From an uncultured Chromatiales bacterium (GTDB lineage Bacteria > Pseudomonadota > Gammaproteobacteria > Thiohalospirales > Thiohalospiraceae), in assembly GCA_964557025.1 (NCBI GenBank), contig CAZKYF010000028.1:2555-66554 (forward strand): a stretch of 64,000 nucleotides of DNA. Reading direction: 5' to 3'. Of the stretch, positions 46,010 through 55,273 are shown piece by piece. The position numbers and the translations under genes were made by a program. How positions within the stretch are numbered: position 1 is the stretch's first letter; each line of letters starts with the position of its first letter. The notes under the pieces were generated by a model. The model saw nothing but the letters and a program-made list of their open reading frames with translations, did no database searches and was not told the origin of the DNA.

Positions 46010-46246
46010 ATGACTGTTGAACGTTTGATTCGTATCATTGCCGGCAGCTTCATTCTGCTGTCCCTGTTCCTGGCCTGGGCAGTGAATGGCATTCCACTGT
46101 TCGATGGCCCCAACTGGCTCTGGTTCACCGCGTTTGTCGGTGCCAACCTGCTGCAATCCGGCTTCACCCGCTGGTGTCTGATGGCCCAGATTCTCAGCAA
46201 ACTGGGTGTTCCGTCCGGCTGCGTGGAGAGTGGCAGTAAGTGCTGA
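46010..46246 (+). CDS. DUF2892 (YgaP C-terminal-like) small membrane protein
   Basis: 78 aa. ERLIRIIAGSFILLSLFLAW...WFTAFVGANLLQSGFTRWCLMAQIL is the two-helix DUF2892 pattern. Strong RBS GAGAGGAGG. Confidence 0.75.
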   Translation: MTVERLIRIIAGSFILLSLFLAWAVNGIPLFDGPNWLWFTAFVGANLLQSGFTRWCLMAQILSKLGVPSGCVESGSKC

Positions 46247-46249
46247 GTT

Positions 46250-46594
46250 TTGCCGATTGAAATCATGGTGAACGAGAAGGAACAGGCAGGTTTGATCGAG
46301 GGAAAAGACATCCAAGCCGCGGCGGAAGGGCTGAAGGCCATCGCCCACACCACGCGGCTGGATGTCCTCTGCCATCTGCAGAAAGGGCCGATGACCGTCA
46401 ACGAGCTGATGGCGGTTACCGGCACCACCCAGTCCAACCTCTCCCACCATTTGGCCAAGATGCGGGCCATGGGGCTGGTGGAGGCGCGGCGTGAGGGAAA
46501 CTGCGTGTACTATTCCCTGGCGCATTCCGGCTACGCCGATCTCATCCAGGTGCTGCGCAACATCTATTGCAAGGGAGACGGGCAGGGCGCATAG
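46250..46594 (+). CDS. ArsR/SmtB-family transcriptional regulator with SqrR/BigR-type cysteine pair
   Basis: Winged HTH LKAIAHTTRLDVLCHLQKGPMTVNELMAVTGTTQSNLSHHLAKMRAMGLVEARREGNCVYYSL. Cys in alpha2 (LCHL) and Cys near the C-terminus (IYCK) are 66 residues apart. The start is ambiguous (TTG 46250 or ATG 46265). Confidence 0.85.
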   Translation: MPIEIMVNEKEQAGLIEGKDIQAAAEGLKAIAHTTRLDVLCHLQKGPMTVNELMAVTGTTQSNLSHHLAKMRAMGLVEARREGNCVYYSLAHSGYADLIQVLRNIYCKGDGQGA

Positions 46595-46690
46595 GATCCG
46601 AATCACTCGTCAGCCGGCCTTTCTTTACGCCACCGGCTTCCTGGACTATAAGAAAGGGACGCGAGAGGCGCAGTAAAGTCGGAGGGATGG

Positions 46691-47590
46691 ATGAAGTTGC
46701 TCGTTACCGGAGGGACCGGGTTCATCGGCCGCCACCTGTGCCGGCTGCTGAACGAGCAGGGACACAGCGTCACCGTACTGACGCGAAACCCCGCCGAAGG
46801 AGCACGGCTCCTCGGAGATGGTATCGGTTTCATCTCCGATCTCGAGGCGCTGAGTTCCACCGATCATTTCGATGTTCTCATCAACCTCGCCGGGGCACCC
46901 ATCTTCGGCAGGCGCTGGACGGCGCAGCGCAAGCGGATTATTCATGACAGCCGGATCGGCACCACGGCCAAGTTGATCGCATTCATTGCACGGTGTGAAC
47001 GTAAGCCCGAGCTGCTGATCAGCGGGTCGGCCATTGGCTTCTACGGTGATCAAGGGGACCGGGTACTGGATGAAACCGCCGAAGGCCATCCCGAATTCGC
47101 CCATACGTTGTGCCGGGACTGGGAGGCGGAGGCAGCGAAGGCCCGGGAACATGGTGTCCGGCTCTGCATCCTGCGGACCGGCCTCGTGGTAGGGGAAGGG
47201 GGTGGGTTCCTGCAACCCATGTTGCTGCCATTCCGGCTGGGGCTGGGTGGACGGCTGGGTTCCGGTGACCAGTGGATGTCCTGGATCCACATGGCGGACT
47301 ATCTCGCCATGATTCAGATGCTGCTGGAAGATGCTTCACTCCAAGGCGTCTACAACGCCACCGCGCCGAACCCGGTGACCAACCGGGAGTTCACCGAGAC
47401 ACTGGCCCGGGTGCTGCATCGTCCGGCACGGTTGCCCGTGCCGGCGTGGGCACTGCGTCTGATGTTGGGCGAGATGTCCGGATTGCTCCTGGGTGGGCAA
47501 CGGGTGCTGCCGATCCGCTTCCAGCAGGCGGGGTTCCGGTTCCGCTATCCCGAGTTGGAGCCGGCCTTGCGACAAGTGCTCTCCCACTGA
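46691..47590 (+). CDS. TIGR01777/YfcH-type NAD-dependent epimerase/dehydratase family protein (with DUF1731 C-terminus)
   Basis: MKLLVTGGTGFIGRHL Rossmann motif, 299 aa, with a C-terminal GGQRVLPIRFQQAGFRFRYPEL tail typical of this family. Confidence 0.85.
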   Translation: MKLLVTGGTGFIGRHLCRLLNEQGHSVTVLTRNPAEGARLLGDGIGFISDLEALSSTDHFDVLINLAGAPIFGRRWTAQRKRIIHDSRIGTTAKLIAFIARCERKPELLISGSAIGFYGDQGDRVLDETAEGHPEFAHTLCRDWEAEAAKAREHGVRLCILRTGLVVGEGGGFLQPMLLPFRLGLGGRLGSGDQWMSWIHMADYLAMIQMLLEDASLQGVYNATAPNPVTNREFTETLARVLHRPARLPVPAWALRLMLGEMSGLLLGGQRVLPIRFQQAGFRFRYPELEPALRQVLSH

Positions 47591-47699
47591 TTATCCCTTC
47601 GCCCATCCATCAATGGGGTCAGAGACAATCGTTCGTACGCGGGAGAGTTCCCGGTGGGGCGTTCGCAACGGGAACGAGAAACGGCCGGCCCCCGCGAGG

Positions 47700-48578
47700 T
47701 CAACGCCTGGTGGTGAGGTTCGACCACTGATAGAGTAGCAGTCCGGCCAGGATGACGGCCGTTCCCCACCAGATGCGCGGCTCCACCCGCTCTCCGTTCA
47801 ACCACTGTCCGAGCAGGAGTGCCAGCACGGGTGTGACCAGGGTGATCAGGGCGATCACCCCCGCCGGCAAGTGGCGCAGGATATGGTAGTAGAGGGTGAA
47901 GCCCACTACCGAACCGGCGATCCCGAGATAGAGAATGGAACCGGCGGTTTGCAGGGAGAGGGTCACGGGCATGGTGTCCCCGCTCCCCAGCCAGGTCAGG
48001 AGTGACAGGGAGGCGGCCACCACCAGTGCACCGCCGTTGATGGCCATCGGGTGCAAGCGGATCCCATCCCCGAGACGTTTCACCCAGACGCTGCTGGCCG
48101 AATGGATCAGCATCGAGATCAACATGGCAGCGATGCCCACCCAGGAGCCGTTCTCCCACTGCCGGCCCGCCTCGAAGATGAGGCTCAACCCCGCCAATCC
48201 CAGAAGTGTTCCCGCCACCTTGGGAAGTGTCAGAGCCTGTTCGCCCAGCCAGACCGCCGCCATCACTCCGGTGGCCAGCGGAGTGAGGCCGAAGATGACC
48301 GCGATGAGCCCCGACGGGATGTATTGCGCGCCCCAATAGACGGTCAACAGCCCCCCGTAGATCCCCAGGCCGGCGGCCAGATAGAGCCGGACTGCGCCCA
48401 GATGCCAGGGAAAAGCGATCCGCATCAGCCGAAGCAGGGCGAGGCAGAGCAAGACGCCCACCACCAGCCGCGCCATCAAGCCGAACAGGAATGAACTGCC
48501 GATGACGCTCCACTGGATGGCCAGCGGCGTGGTGGACCAGATGAGGATGACGCCGATATAAGCAGCCGGTACCGACAC
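47700..48578 (-). CDS. DMT-superfamily (EamA) transporter
   Basis: About 10 TM helices. The likely start is GTG 48578, 8 nt after GAGGG. The track ORF extends to 48683 across a 9-bp hairpin and a non-hydrophobic leader. An alternative same-strand 322-aa ORF is Arg/Gly/Pro-rich junk. Confidence 0.75.
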   Translation of the reverse strand: MSVPAAYIGVILIWSTTPLAIQWSVIGSSFLFGLMARLVVGVLLCLALLRLMRIAFPWHLGAVRLYLAAGLGIYGGLLTVYWGAQYIPSGLIAVIFGLTPLATGVMAAVWLGEQALTLPKVAGTLLGLAGLSLIFEAGRQWENGSWVGIAAMLISMLIHSASSVWVKRLGDGIRLHPMAINGGALVVAASLSLLTWLGSGDTMPVTLSLQTAGSILYLGIAGSVVGFTLYYHILRHLPAGVIALITLVTPVLALLLGQWLNGERVEPRIWWGTAVILAGLLLYQWSNLTTRR

Positions 48579-48734
48579 GAAATCGCCCTCGCCGGAAAAA
48601 TTAAAAGGCCGCAGATCTCGATGAAAACCTGCGGCCTCGGTGATCCATTCGAAAACGGTGCCTGGAGGATGTCGCCCGCCCATTCCCGAAATGCAGGAGA
48701 GCGGAACGGCATCGCCACCCGGCGCGCCTCCATT

Positions 48735-48761
48735 CGCCTCCCGAGGGTGCCTCGGGAGGCG
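48735..48761. repeat. perfect 12-bp GC-rich inverted repeat with 3-nt loop, in a divergent intergenic region
   Basis: cgcctcccgagg-gtg-cctcgggaggcg. It lies between the divergent EamA and lipoprotein genes. Confidence 0.6.
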
Positions 48762-48979
48762 GATTTACGGGTTCAGTGTGGCGTTGGGCAACCTCTTTTG
48801 TCAAGCGCGGCATACCCGCGTATGGGTGGGTGAAACGATGTCCCCCGTCACGAAAAGGGTGTGTGACCGGAACCCGTATGGATGCGGTTCCTGGAAAAAA
48901 TTTCGATCGTCAGGGAACCGGATCCCTGCCCGGTGCGTGAAGAACCTATGAGTCTACCAACAACGATGGAGCCCATGAC

Positions 48980-50848
48980 ATGAATGCAAAACCGTTCGCC
49001 CTAGTTCCCCTCGTCATTGCCCTGGCAGCCTGTGGCGGCAGTGACAGCGAGTCTTCCGCTGCGCTTGGCGGCGGCAGCGTTTCGGTTCTGATTACCGACG
49101 ATCTGAGCCGGAATTACAACGAGGTTTGGGTCGAGGTTCGTTCCATCAGTGCCGTCGCCCCGGACGGGCAACGAGTGGTGCTGTTCGAGGATGCCACCGG
49201 CCGGACCTTCAACTTGAGTCAGCTGGTCAATATCGGAACCCTGGTGGATACGCAGGTGGTCACCCCCGGTACCTATACCTCATTCGAGATCGTTCTGAGC
49301 AATGGGGTCACACTGGTCGATCCGTCCGGCAATCTGCTCGAAGCGAGGTTCGACCAGAGTGGTTCCCCCGTTCACACCGTCACAGTGAATGGCAATCTGG
49401 TGGTCGACCCAAATCGTTCCTCTACGCTGGTACTCGATTTCGATCTGGCCAATTTCACCTATGACTCGGCCACCAACACCGTTACGCCGGTGGTGATCCA
49501 GAAGGATCCCAACGCCTTGGCGCAGGCCGTCGCCTCCCTGCGGGGCGAGATCCGGTCCATCGACGGTCCTGACCGCTTCGTACTGGCGCCTGCGGGTGGT
49601 GGTGCCGTCATCACCGTGAGTCTCCACAACAGTGCCGCCGTCACCGACCCGGCCACCAACACCATTGCCCCCGATACCACCCCGTTGCAAAACGGCATGG
49701 CCGTCCGTGTTTCGGGTGGGTACGATGCCGATAGCCGCACTATAACCGCCATCAGTGTCGTGATCGAGCGTTCCACCACCCCCGTCGTCTTGCGTCACGA
49801 GGTGGAGGGGTATGTGACCTCGGTGGCGGGTTCCGTGGTCGAACTCGATGTCAAGGAGGCGACCTTTCGTCCCGGCAGTAATATCCTTGCCATCGACGTC
49901 GGCAATGCCCTCTTCACCAAAGGTGATCTGGCCATGCTGGCCGCGGGTCAGTCGGTCGAGATCAAGGGCGACTGGGATGGCAACGCCTTCAGTGCCGCGG
50001 TGGTCGAGATCGAAGGAGCGCCGCGGAATGCCGCCGGACACGGCTATGACGACGATTATGCCGAGATCGAGGGCACCGTCACCGATGTGACCGACACCAC
50101 CGTGACCCTCACCGTGCGGGAGTACGAGCATACCAGCGGGGTTGCCGTGGGCCAGAGCATCACCGTCGATCGCAGCAACGCTTGGTACAAGTACGGGGAT
50201 GCTTCCTGCCTCGCCTCCGGCATGGGGATCGAGATCAAAGGGGCCTTCAGCAGGGACTCGATGACGGCCTTCGTCATCGAATACGATGACAACAGCTGTT
50301 ACGGCGCCTACGGAGGGGGTGGGTACGCCGAGATCGAGGGTATCGTCACCGATATGACCGACACCACCGTGACCCTCACTGTCCAGGAGTATGAGCATAC
50401 CAGCGGCATCACCGTGGGCCAAAGTATCACTGTCGATCGCAGTGACGTTTGGTACAAGGATGGGGATGTCTCCTGTCTCGTTCCCGGTAGGCGGATCGAG
50501 GTCGAAGGCTCCTACGACGGCACCGTCATGGATGCCTTCGTGATCGAGTTCGAAGATGGCGGTTGTCGCGGTTTCTCTCATGACGGGGATTATCCCGAGA
50601 TCGAGGGTGTCGTGGCGGAGGTTACCGCCGATGCCATGATCGTGATCGTCCACGAGTATGAATATGTCAGTGGAATCACCTATGGCCAGCGTATCACCGT
50701 CGATCGCAGCGGTGCCCGCTATGACGACGGCAGCGCCTCCTGCCTGGCCCCGGGCGCAAGGGTCGAGGTGGAAGGCAGTTACGACGGCTCCGTGATGCGG
50801 GCGCGAGTGATCGAGTTCGAGGACGGGCGTTGCGGTTACCACGACTGA
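48980..50848 (+). CDS. lipoprotein: DUF4382-like N-domain followed by five DUF5666-like beta modules (last three recently duplicated)
   Basis: Lipobox VIALAAC. VSVLITDD...YNEVWVEVRSISAV...FNLSQLVN resembles DUF4382. The repeated EIEG.VT.V....V.L.V... modules resemble DUF5666. Family names are from memory. Confidence 0.85.
   Translation: MNAKPFALVPLVIALAACGGSDSESSAALGGGSVSVLITDDLSRNYNEVWVEVRSISAVAPDGQRVVLFEDATGRTFNLSQLVNIGTLVDTQVVTPGTYTSFEIVLSNGVTLVDPSGNLLEARFDQSGSPVHTVTVNGNLVVDPNRSSTLVLDFDLANFTYDSATNTVTPVVIQKDPNALAQAVASLRGEIRSIDGPDRFVLAPAGGGAVITVSLHNSAAVTDPATNTIAPDTTPLQNGMAVRVSGGYDADSRTITAISVVIERSTTPVVLRHEVEGYVTSVAGSVVELDVKEATFRPGSNILAIDVGNALFTKGDLAMLAAGQSVEIKGDWDGNAFSAAVVEIEGAPRNAAGHGYDDDYAEIEGTVTDVTDTTVTLTVREYEHTSGVAVGQSITVDRSNAWYKYGDASCLASGMGIEIKGAFSRDSMTAFVIEYDDNSCYGAYGGGGYAEIEGIVTDMTDTTVTLTVQEYEHTSGITVGQSITVDRSDVWYKDGDVSCLVPGRRIEVEGSYDGTVMDAFVIEFEDGGCRGFSHDGDYPEIEGVVAEVTADAMIVIVHEYEYVSGITYGQRITVDRSGARYDDGSASCLAPGARVEVEGSYDGSVMRARVIEFEDGRCGYHD
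50057..50845 (+). repeat. three tandem ~267-bp (89-aa) coding repeats
   Basis: Units start at 50057, 50324 and 50591 (YAEIEGTVTDVTDTTVTLTVREYEHTSG... / YAEIEGIVTDMTDTTVTLTVQEYEHTSG... / YPEIEGVVAEVTADAMIVIVHEYEYVSG...). Units 1 and 2 are also clearly similar at nucleotide level. Confidence 0.85.
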
Positions 50849-50884
50849 ATGTGGATGCCCTTGCTCGCACTTGAATCGGAACGA

Positions 50885-50925
50885 GACCCCGGGGGGGGCA
50901 GATACCGCCGGGGTCTTAGTTTTCT
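50885..50925 (+). terminator. Rho-independent terminator between convergent genes
   Basis: gaccccgg...ccggggtc is an 8-bp GC stem followed by ttagttttctc. It abuts the stop of the minus-strand SDR gene. Confidence 0.5.
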
Positions 50926-51782
50926 CGGATGGGAGCAATCCCCGTCAATCCGCTGGACAGGTCAGGATGGCGTAGCGTGATACCGAGCTCTTTCAACATC
51001 TTGCGGTTGTCGATGCGCCGTGACTCATCCAGGTAGGATCGCATGGCAGGGGAGATCCGCCGAACCGCTTCCGCACGGGAGATCTCCGGGCACCGGGGCA
51101 GACCCAGGGCGTCGGCGACGGCGTGGAAATAGTCGGTCATGGTGCTCTCCTGGCCATCGGTGACGTTGTAGAGAATGACCCCGGTGTGCCGATGACGGGC
51201 GGCCGCAAGACAGACGCGGGCGAGGTCGTCGGCATGGATGCGGTTGGAATAAGGGGATTCTTCCGGGCGAAGGACTGGATGACGCTGGCGGATCCGTTCC
51301 ACCGGTAGCCGTTCGCGGCTGTAGATGCCGCCGACGCGCAGGATGACCCCAGGGACGCCGGCCTTCTCGGCCCAGCGCGTCAGTCGCCGCTCGGCATTCA
51401 GGCGGCGTCGGGCACGATCGGTCCGGGGATTGGGCGGGGTGGCTTCATCCACCCACTTGCCGCATTGATCCCCATAGACACCGGTGGTGCTGATATAGAC
51501 GATTTTGAGTGGCAGGTTGTCGGGGGTCAGTGTTTCCAGCCAGTTTGCCATCCGCGGATCGTCCGTTCCTTTCCGGGGCGGAGGGGCAAAGTAGTATACC
51601 AGCCGTCCCTTGCAGGAGATGGCGTCGAGTGTCGACGGCCGGTCCAGATCGGCCGGCACGACATGGAGCCCATTCATCGGTGCCGGGGTTCGGGAGAGCG
51701 CGGTCACCTCGCTGCCGTGTTGCAACTCGAGTCTTGCGACGCGCTGTCCGATGTCACCATGACCGACGATGAGGATTTTCAA
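50916..51782 (-). CDS. NAD(P)-binding Rossmann-fold protein (SDR/epimerase-like)
   Basis: KILIVGHGDIGQRV dinucleotide-binding motif, 288 aa. TTG start after GGAGAAG. Confidence 0.8.
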   Translation of the reverse strand: MKILIVGHGDIGQRVARLELQHGSEVTALSRTPAPMNGLHVVPADLDRPSTLDAISCKGRLVYYFAPPPRKGTDDPRMANWLETLTPDNLPLKIVYISTTGVYGDQCGKWVDEATPPNPRTDRARRRLNAERRLTRWAEKAGVPGVILRVGGIYSRERLPVERIRQRHPVLRPEESPYSNRIHADDLARVCLAAARHRHTGVILYNVTDGQESTMTDYFHAVADALGLPRCPEISRAEAVRRISPAMRSYLDESRRIDNRKMLKELGITLRHPDLSSGLTGIAPIREN

Positions 51783-51854
51783 AGTGGTTTCTTCTCCGTT
51801 GGGGATGGGTTACAGTTTACCGCATGTTCCCAGTAGATTTCGCGAGGCTTCGTC

Positions 51855-52271
51855 ATGAAACGGGATCCCCGGCTGCGCGCGCTCTCCAGTGATCACCACC
51901 GGGCTCTGGTGATGGCCCGCAGGATGGCGCGGGAGGGAACGGCGGAGACACCCGATCCGCGAGTGTTGGGGGAGATCGAGGCGTTCTGCCGAGAGGAACT
52001 GGCACCCCATTTCACGCAGGAGGAAGAAATCTTGTTGCCGGCGCTGGAGCGGCATGGGGAGAGTGCGTTGGTGGAGCGGACGCTTCGGGAACATGCCGAA
52101 ATGATGTCGCTGGCGGAGCGGCTGAACGAGCCGGATGCTCTGGTGGCCTTTTCCCGCTTGTTGAAGCAGCATGTCCGTTTCGAGGAGCAGGAGCTGTTTG
52201 ATGTGGCACAGGCGAAGCTGGACGAGACGGAACTGGAACGTATCGCCGACCGGTCTCATCCCTTGGATTGA
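51855..52271 (+). CDS. hemerythrin-like domain protein
   Basis: 138 aa, four-helix pattern with His/Glu ligand motifs SSDHHRALV, HFTQEEEILLP, REHAEMM, HVRFEEQELF. Confidence 0.75.
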   Translation: MKRDPRLRALSSDHHRALVMARRMAREGTAETPDPRVLGEIEAFCREELAPHFTQEEEILLPALERHGESALVERTLREHAEMMSLAERLNEPDALVAFSRLLKQHVRFEEQELFDVAQAKLDETELERIADRSHPLD

Positions 52272-52330
52272 TCACCCGGGATGCCGTTTCCCTTTTTTCA
52301 CCCTTCGGGCGGTGGTCGGTATCGCTCCGA

Positions 52331-52858
52331 TCACGTTTCGTCGGCCACCCGTTTGAAAACAGTGTAGTGGCACTTGGGACAGGGCGGGATGCGACTGGGC
52401 CGGTGGAAGTGGAGGCGTTCGCCGCAGGAGACGCACTCCAGGGTTCCGGGACCGGTGATCTCGCCGGTGTGGTAACGAACCGTGGACTGGAGTTGCTGTT
52501 TGAATTTCAGGAATTCCACGGTCGCCTTGTCCGCGACGCTGAGGAACAGATCGGCCAGCCGTTCCTCGATCAGCCTGATGTCGAACCGTAACCAGTCCTT
52601 CAGTTCCTGCATTTCATCGCTGCTGAGATAAGCTGCGGCATCCTCGACGTCACGGCGCAGGTATTCAGCGATCTTCTCCGCTTCTTCTCGGGTCAGTTCA
52701 CCCAGTTCCACCGCTTTGTCCCGGGCCTGTTCGATGGCGTGGCGCAGCCTCGGCGCCTCTTCTTCCACCGTCTTCTCCATGAATTCCTTCACCCGCTCCA
52801 GCATGCGCTCGTAGCCGTGGATCAGTTTTTCTTCCTGGTTCTGTTTCTGTTCAGTCAT
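52331..52858 (-). CDS. zinc-ribbon protein (DUF1451-like)
   Basis: I trimmed to ATG 52858 (MTEQKQNQEEKLIHGYERMLERVKEF...). Helical N-part and a C-terminal CVSCGERLHFHRPSRIPPCPKCH ribbon. The upstream 78 codons of the track ORF overlap ftsH. Confidence 0.75.
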   Translation of the reverse strand: MTEQKQNQEEKLIHGYERMLERVKEFMEKTVEEEAPRLRHAIEQARDKAVELGELTREEAEKIAEYLRRDVEDAAAYLSSDEMQELKDWLRFDIRLIEERLADLFLSVADKATVEFLKFKQQLQSTVRYHTGEITGPGTLECVSCGERLHFHRPSRIPPCPKCHYTVFKRVADET

Positions 52859-52880
52859 GGCTCGTTTCCCGTTTGTTGAT

Positions 52881-54812
52881 TCAGTGGGCAATGTCTTCCT
52901 CTTTTCTCGCGTTGGTGGTTTTTTTCTCCGTCCCTTCATCGGAGATGCCCAGTATCCGGTCCACCTCTTCACCGCTGAGGATTTCCTTCTTCTCCAGCTC
53001 CCGGGCCAGCTCGTCCAATAGCTCCCGCTTCTCGGTGAGGATGGTCTCGGCCCGCTGCCGTGCTTCGTCCACCAGTTCCTTGACCTCCTCATCGATCAGT
53101 CGGGCGGTCTCCTCGCTATAGTTGCGTTCTTCCTGGCTTTCCACTCCAAGGAAGGCGAGCTGTTGCCGCTTGCCCCAGGTGAGGGGCCCCAGCCGCTTGC
53201 TCATGCCGAGCTGCGTGACCATGTTGCGGGCGATCTCGCTGGCCCGTTCCAGATCGTTGGCGGCTCCACTGGAGACGTCGCCGAAGACGATGGCTTCGGC
53301 CGTGCGTCCACCCAGCAGGATGGCCATCTGGTCTTTCAGCTCCTGTTCAGTGGAGAGAAATTTCTCTTCCTCGGGCAGTTGCAGTGTGTAGCCCAGCGCC
53401 GCCACACCGCGCGGGATGATGGAGACCTTGTGTACCGGCTCACCGGTGGGCACATTCTTGGCCACCAGGGTGTGTCCCGACTCATGGTAGGCGACGCGGT
53501 GCTTCTCGTCGGGGTTCATCACCCGGTGTTTTTTCTCCGGACCTGCAAGCACACGGTCGATGGCGGCCTCGAAGTCCTCCATGGTGACGGCATCGTGTTT
53601 GTGGCGTACGGCGAGGATGGCCGCCTCGTTGGCGATGTTGGCCAGATCGGCGCCCACGAACCCCGGAGTACGCTGGGCGACCACCTTGAGATCCACGTCA
53701 TCGGCCAGCTTCATCTTGCGGGTATGCAGTCTGAGGATGGCGATGCGTGCCTCCAGGTCCGGTTTGTCCACCACGATCTGGCGATCGAAACGGCCGGCCC
53801 GCAGCAGCGCCTTGTCCAGGATCTCCGGCCGGTTGGTGGCGGCCAGCACCACCACCCCCACCGACGGATCGAAGCCGTCCATCTCGGTCAGCAGCTGGTT
53901 GAGGGTCTGCTCCCGCTCGTCGTGCCCGCCCATCACCGGGCCGATGCCGCGGGCGCGGCCGATGGCGTCCAGCTCGTCGATGAAGATGATGCAGGGGGCC
54001 TTCTGGCGCGCCTGGTCGAACAGTTCCCGCACCCGGGCCGCCCCAACTCCTACGAACATTTCTATGAATTCCGAGCCGCTGATGTTGAAGAAGGGGACAC
54101 CGGCCTCACCGGCCACCGCCCGTGCCAGCAGGGTCTTTCCAGTACCGGGTGGTCCTACCAGCAAGACCCCTTTCGGCATCCGCCCGCCCAATTTCTGGAT
54201 GGATTTGGGATCCTTGAGGAATTCGATGGTTTCCGCCAGCTCCTGTTTGGCTTCCTCATTGCCGGCAACGTCGTCGAAGGTTACCTTGACGTCACCCTCT
54301 GGATGGATACGGATGCGGTTTCCAATACTGAGAAATCCCTTGCCCGCCGGGCCCATGCGCCTCATCAGCCAGCCCCAGAGCAGAAACAGCACTCCGAAAG
54401 GTAATACCCAGTTGAAAAAGAAATTACTGAGCCAGTTGTCTCCACTACGTACCTTGTAGGTGACACCGGCCTTCTCCAGCTCCTTGGCCAGATCGGTGTT
54501 CCATAGAGGTACGGTGACGAACCGGCGGGGCTGCTGGGTCTTGGGATCCTTCAGGGTCAAGGTTCCGGTGATGAGCCGCTCGGTGACGACTGCCTCCGCC
54601 ACTTCACCCTTCTCCACATGTTTGAGGAACTCACTGTATGGGATCTCCTGTTGCTGTACCTTTTCGGCACTCTGCCAGAGATAGAGTGATGCAATCAGAA
54701 ACAGGATATAGGCCAGCAGCGTGAACTCCGGGCGCTGCCAGAACTTGAGCTGCGGTGGCCGGTTGATGTCCAGCTTGCCGTTGTTCTTTCCTGTTGAGAA
54801 GTTGTTTTGCAT
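52881..54812 (-). CDS. ftsH: ATP-dependent zinc metalloprotease FtsH (probable paralog, non-canonical context)
   Basis: I trimmed to ATG 54812. Two N-terminal TMs, Walker [19 protein letters not shown], Walker [33 protein letters not shown], zinc site AYHESGH. Confidence 0.92.
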   Translation of the reverse strand: MQNNFSTGKNNGKLDINRPPQLKFWQRPEFTLLAYILFLIASLYLWQSAEKVQQQEIPYSEFLKHVEKGEVAEAVVTERLITGTLTLKDPKTQQPRRFVTVPLWNTDLAKELEKAGVTYKVRSGDNWLSNFFFNWVLPFGVLFLLWGWLMRRMGPAGKGFLSIGNRIRIHPEGDVKVTFDDVAGNEEAKQELAETIEFLKDPKSIQKLGGRMPKGVLLVGPPGTGKTLLARAVAGEAGVPFFNISGSEFIEMFVGVGAARVRELFDQARQKAPCIIFIDELDAIGRARGIGPVMGGHDEREQTLNQLLTEMDGFDPSVGVVVLAATNRPEILDKALLRAGRFDRQIVVDKPDLEARIAILRLHTRKMKLADDVDLKVVAQRTPGFVGADLANIANEAAILAVRHKHDAVTMEDFEAAIDRVLAGPEKKHRVMNPDEKHRVAYHESGHTLVAKNVPTGEPVHKVSIIPRGVAALGYTLQLPEEEKFLSTEQELKDQMAILLGGRTAEAIVFGDVSSGAANDLERASEIARNMVTQLGMSKRLGPLTWGKRQQLAFLGVESQEERNYSEETARLIDEEVKELVDEARQRAETILTEKRELLDELARELEKKEILSGEEVDRILGISDEGTEKKTTNARKEEDIAH

Positions 54813-54838
54813 CTTCGCCACTCCTTGCCGCCAGGGCT

Positions 54839-55273
54839 CTATAGATAAGTATGGACCCAGCGGACGATATCTGCCGCGCCCATGGCGCCGGGTTGGCGAG
54901 CCACCTCCTCGCCCCCTTTGAACAGAACCAGGGTGGGGATACTGCGGATCCCATACTGGGCGGCCAGTATCTGCTCTTTTTCCGTGTTCACCTTGGCCAG
55001 CCGGATACGGGGCTCCAGTTGGGCCGTTGCTTGGGTGAAGGCGGGTGCCATCATCTTGCAGGGACCACACCAGGGAGCCCAGAAATCCACCACCACCGGC
55101 AGGTCGTTTCGGTTGATGTGTTGCGGGAAGTTTAGGGCGGTCAGCTCGATGGGTTGTCCGGTGAACAGGGGTTTACCACACTTTCCGCATTTGGGTTTGT
55201 CTTCCAGCCGTTCCTGCGGGATCCGGTTGACGGTGTCACAGTGAGGGCAGACTATATGGATGGGACTGCTCAT
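54839..55273 (-). CDS. trxC: thioredoxin 2 (zinc-finger thioredoxin)
   Basis: N-terminal CPHC...CGKC zinc finger followed by [17 protein letters not shown]. Confidence 0.9.
   Translation of the reverse strand: MSSPIHIVCPHCDTVNRIPQERLEDKPKCGKCGKPLFTGQPIELTALNFPQHINRNDLPVVVDFWAPWCGPCKMMAPAFTQATAQLEPRIRLAKVNTEKEQILAAQYGIRSIPTLVLFKGGEEVARQPGAMGAADIVRWVHTYL

Noticed and set aside
42559-46470. Two long minus-strand ORFs (575 and 610 aa) across the RND permease, DUF2892 and ArsR genes
   Set aside because: They are antisense shadows. The plus strand encodes a 12-TM RND protein with the canonical LLVDDAIVVVENI motif, and the minus frames are His/Gly/Asp/Arg-rich without motifs.
47545-48513. 322-aa same-strand alternative ORF overlapping the EamA transporter
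   Set aside because: The Arg/Gly/Pro-rich frame has no hydrophobic helices, whereas the other frame gives a regular 10-TM DMT transporter.
49280-50938. 552-aa minus-strand ORF across the repeat lipoprotein
   Set aside because: It is kept open only because the plus-strand repeats lack stop-complement codons. It has no start context, a Gly/Asp/His-rich composition, and runs into the convergent SDR gene.
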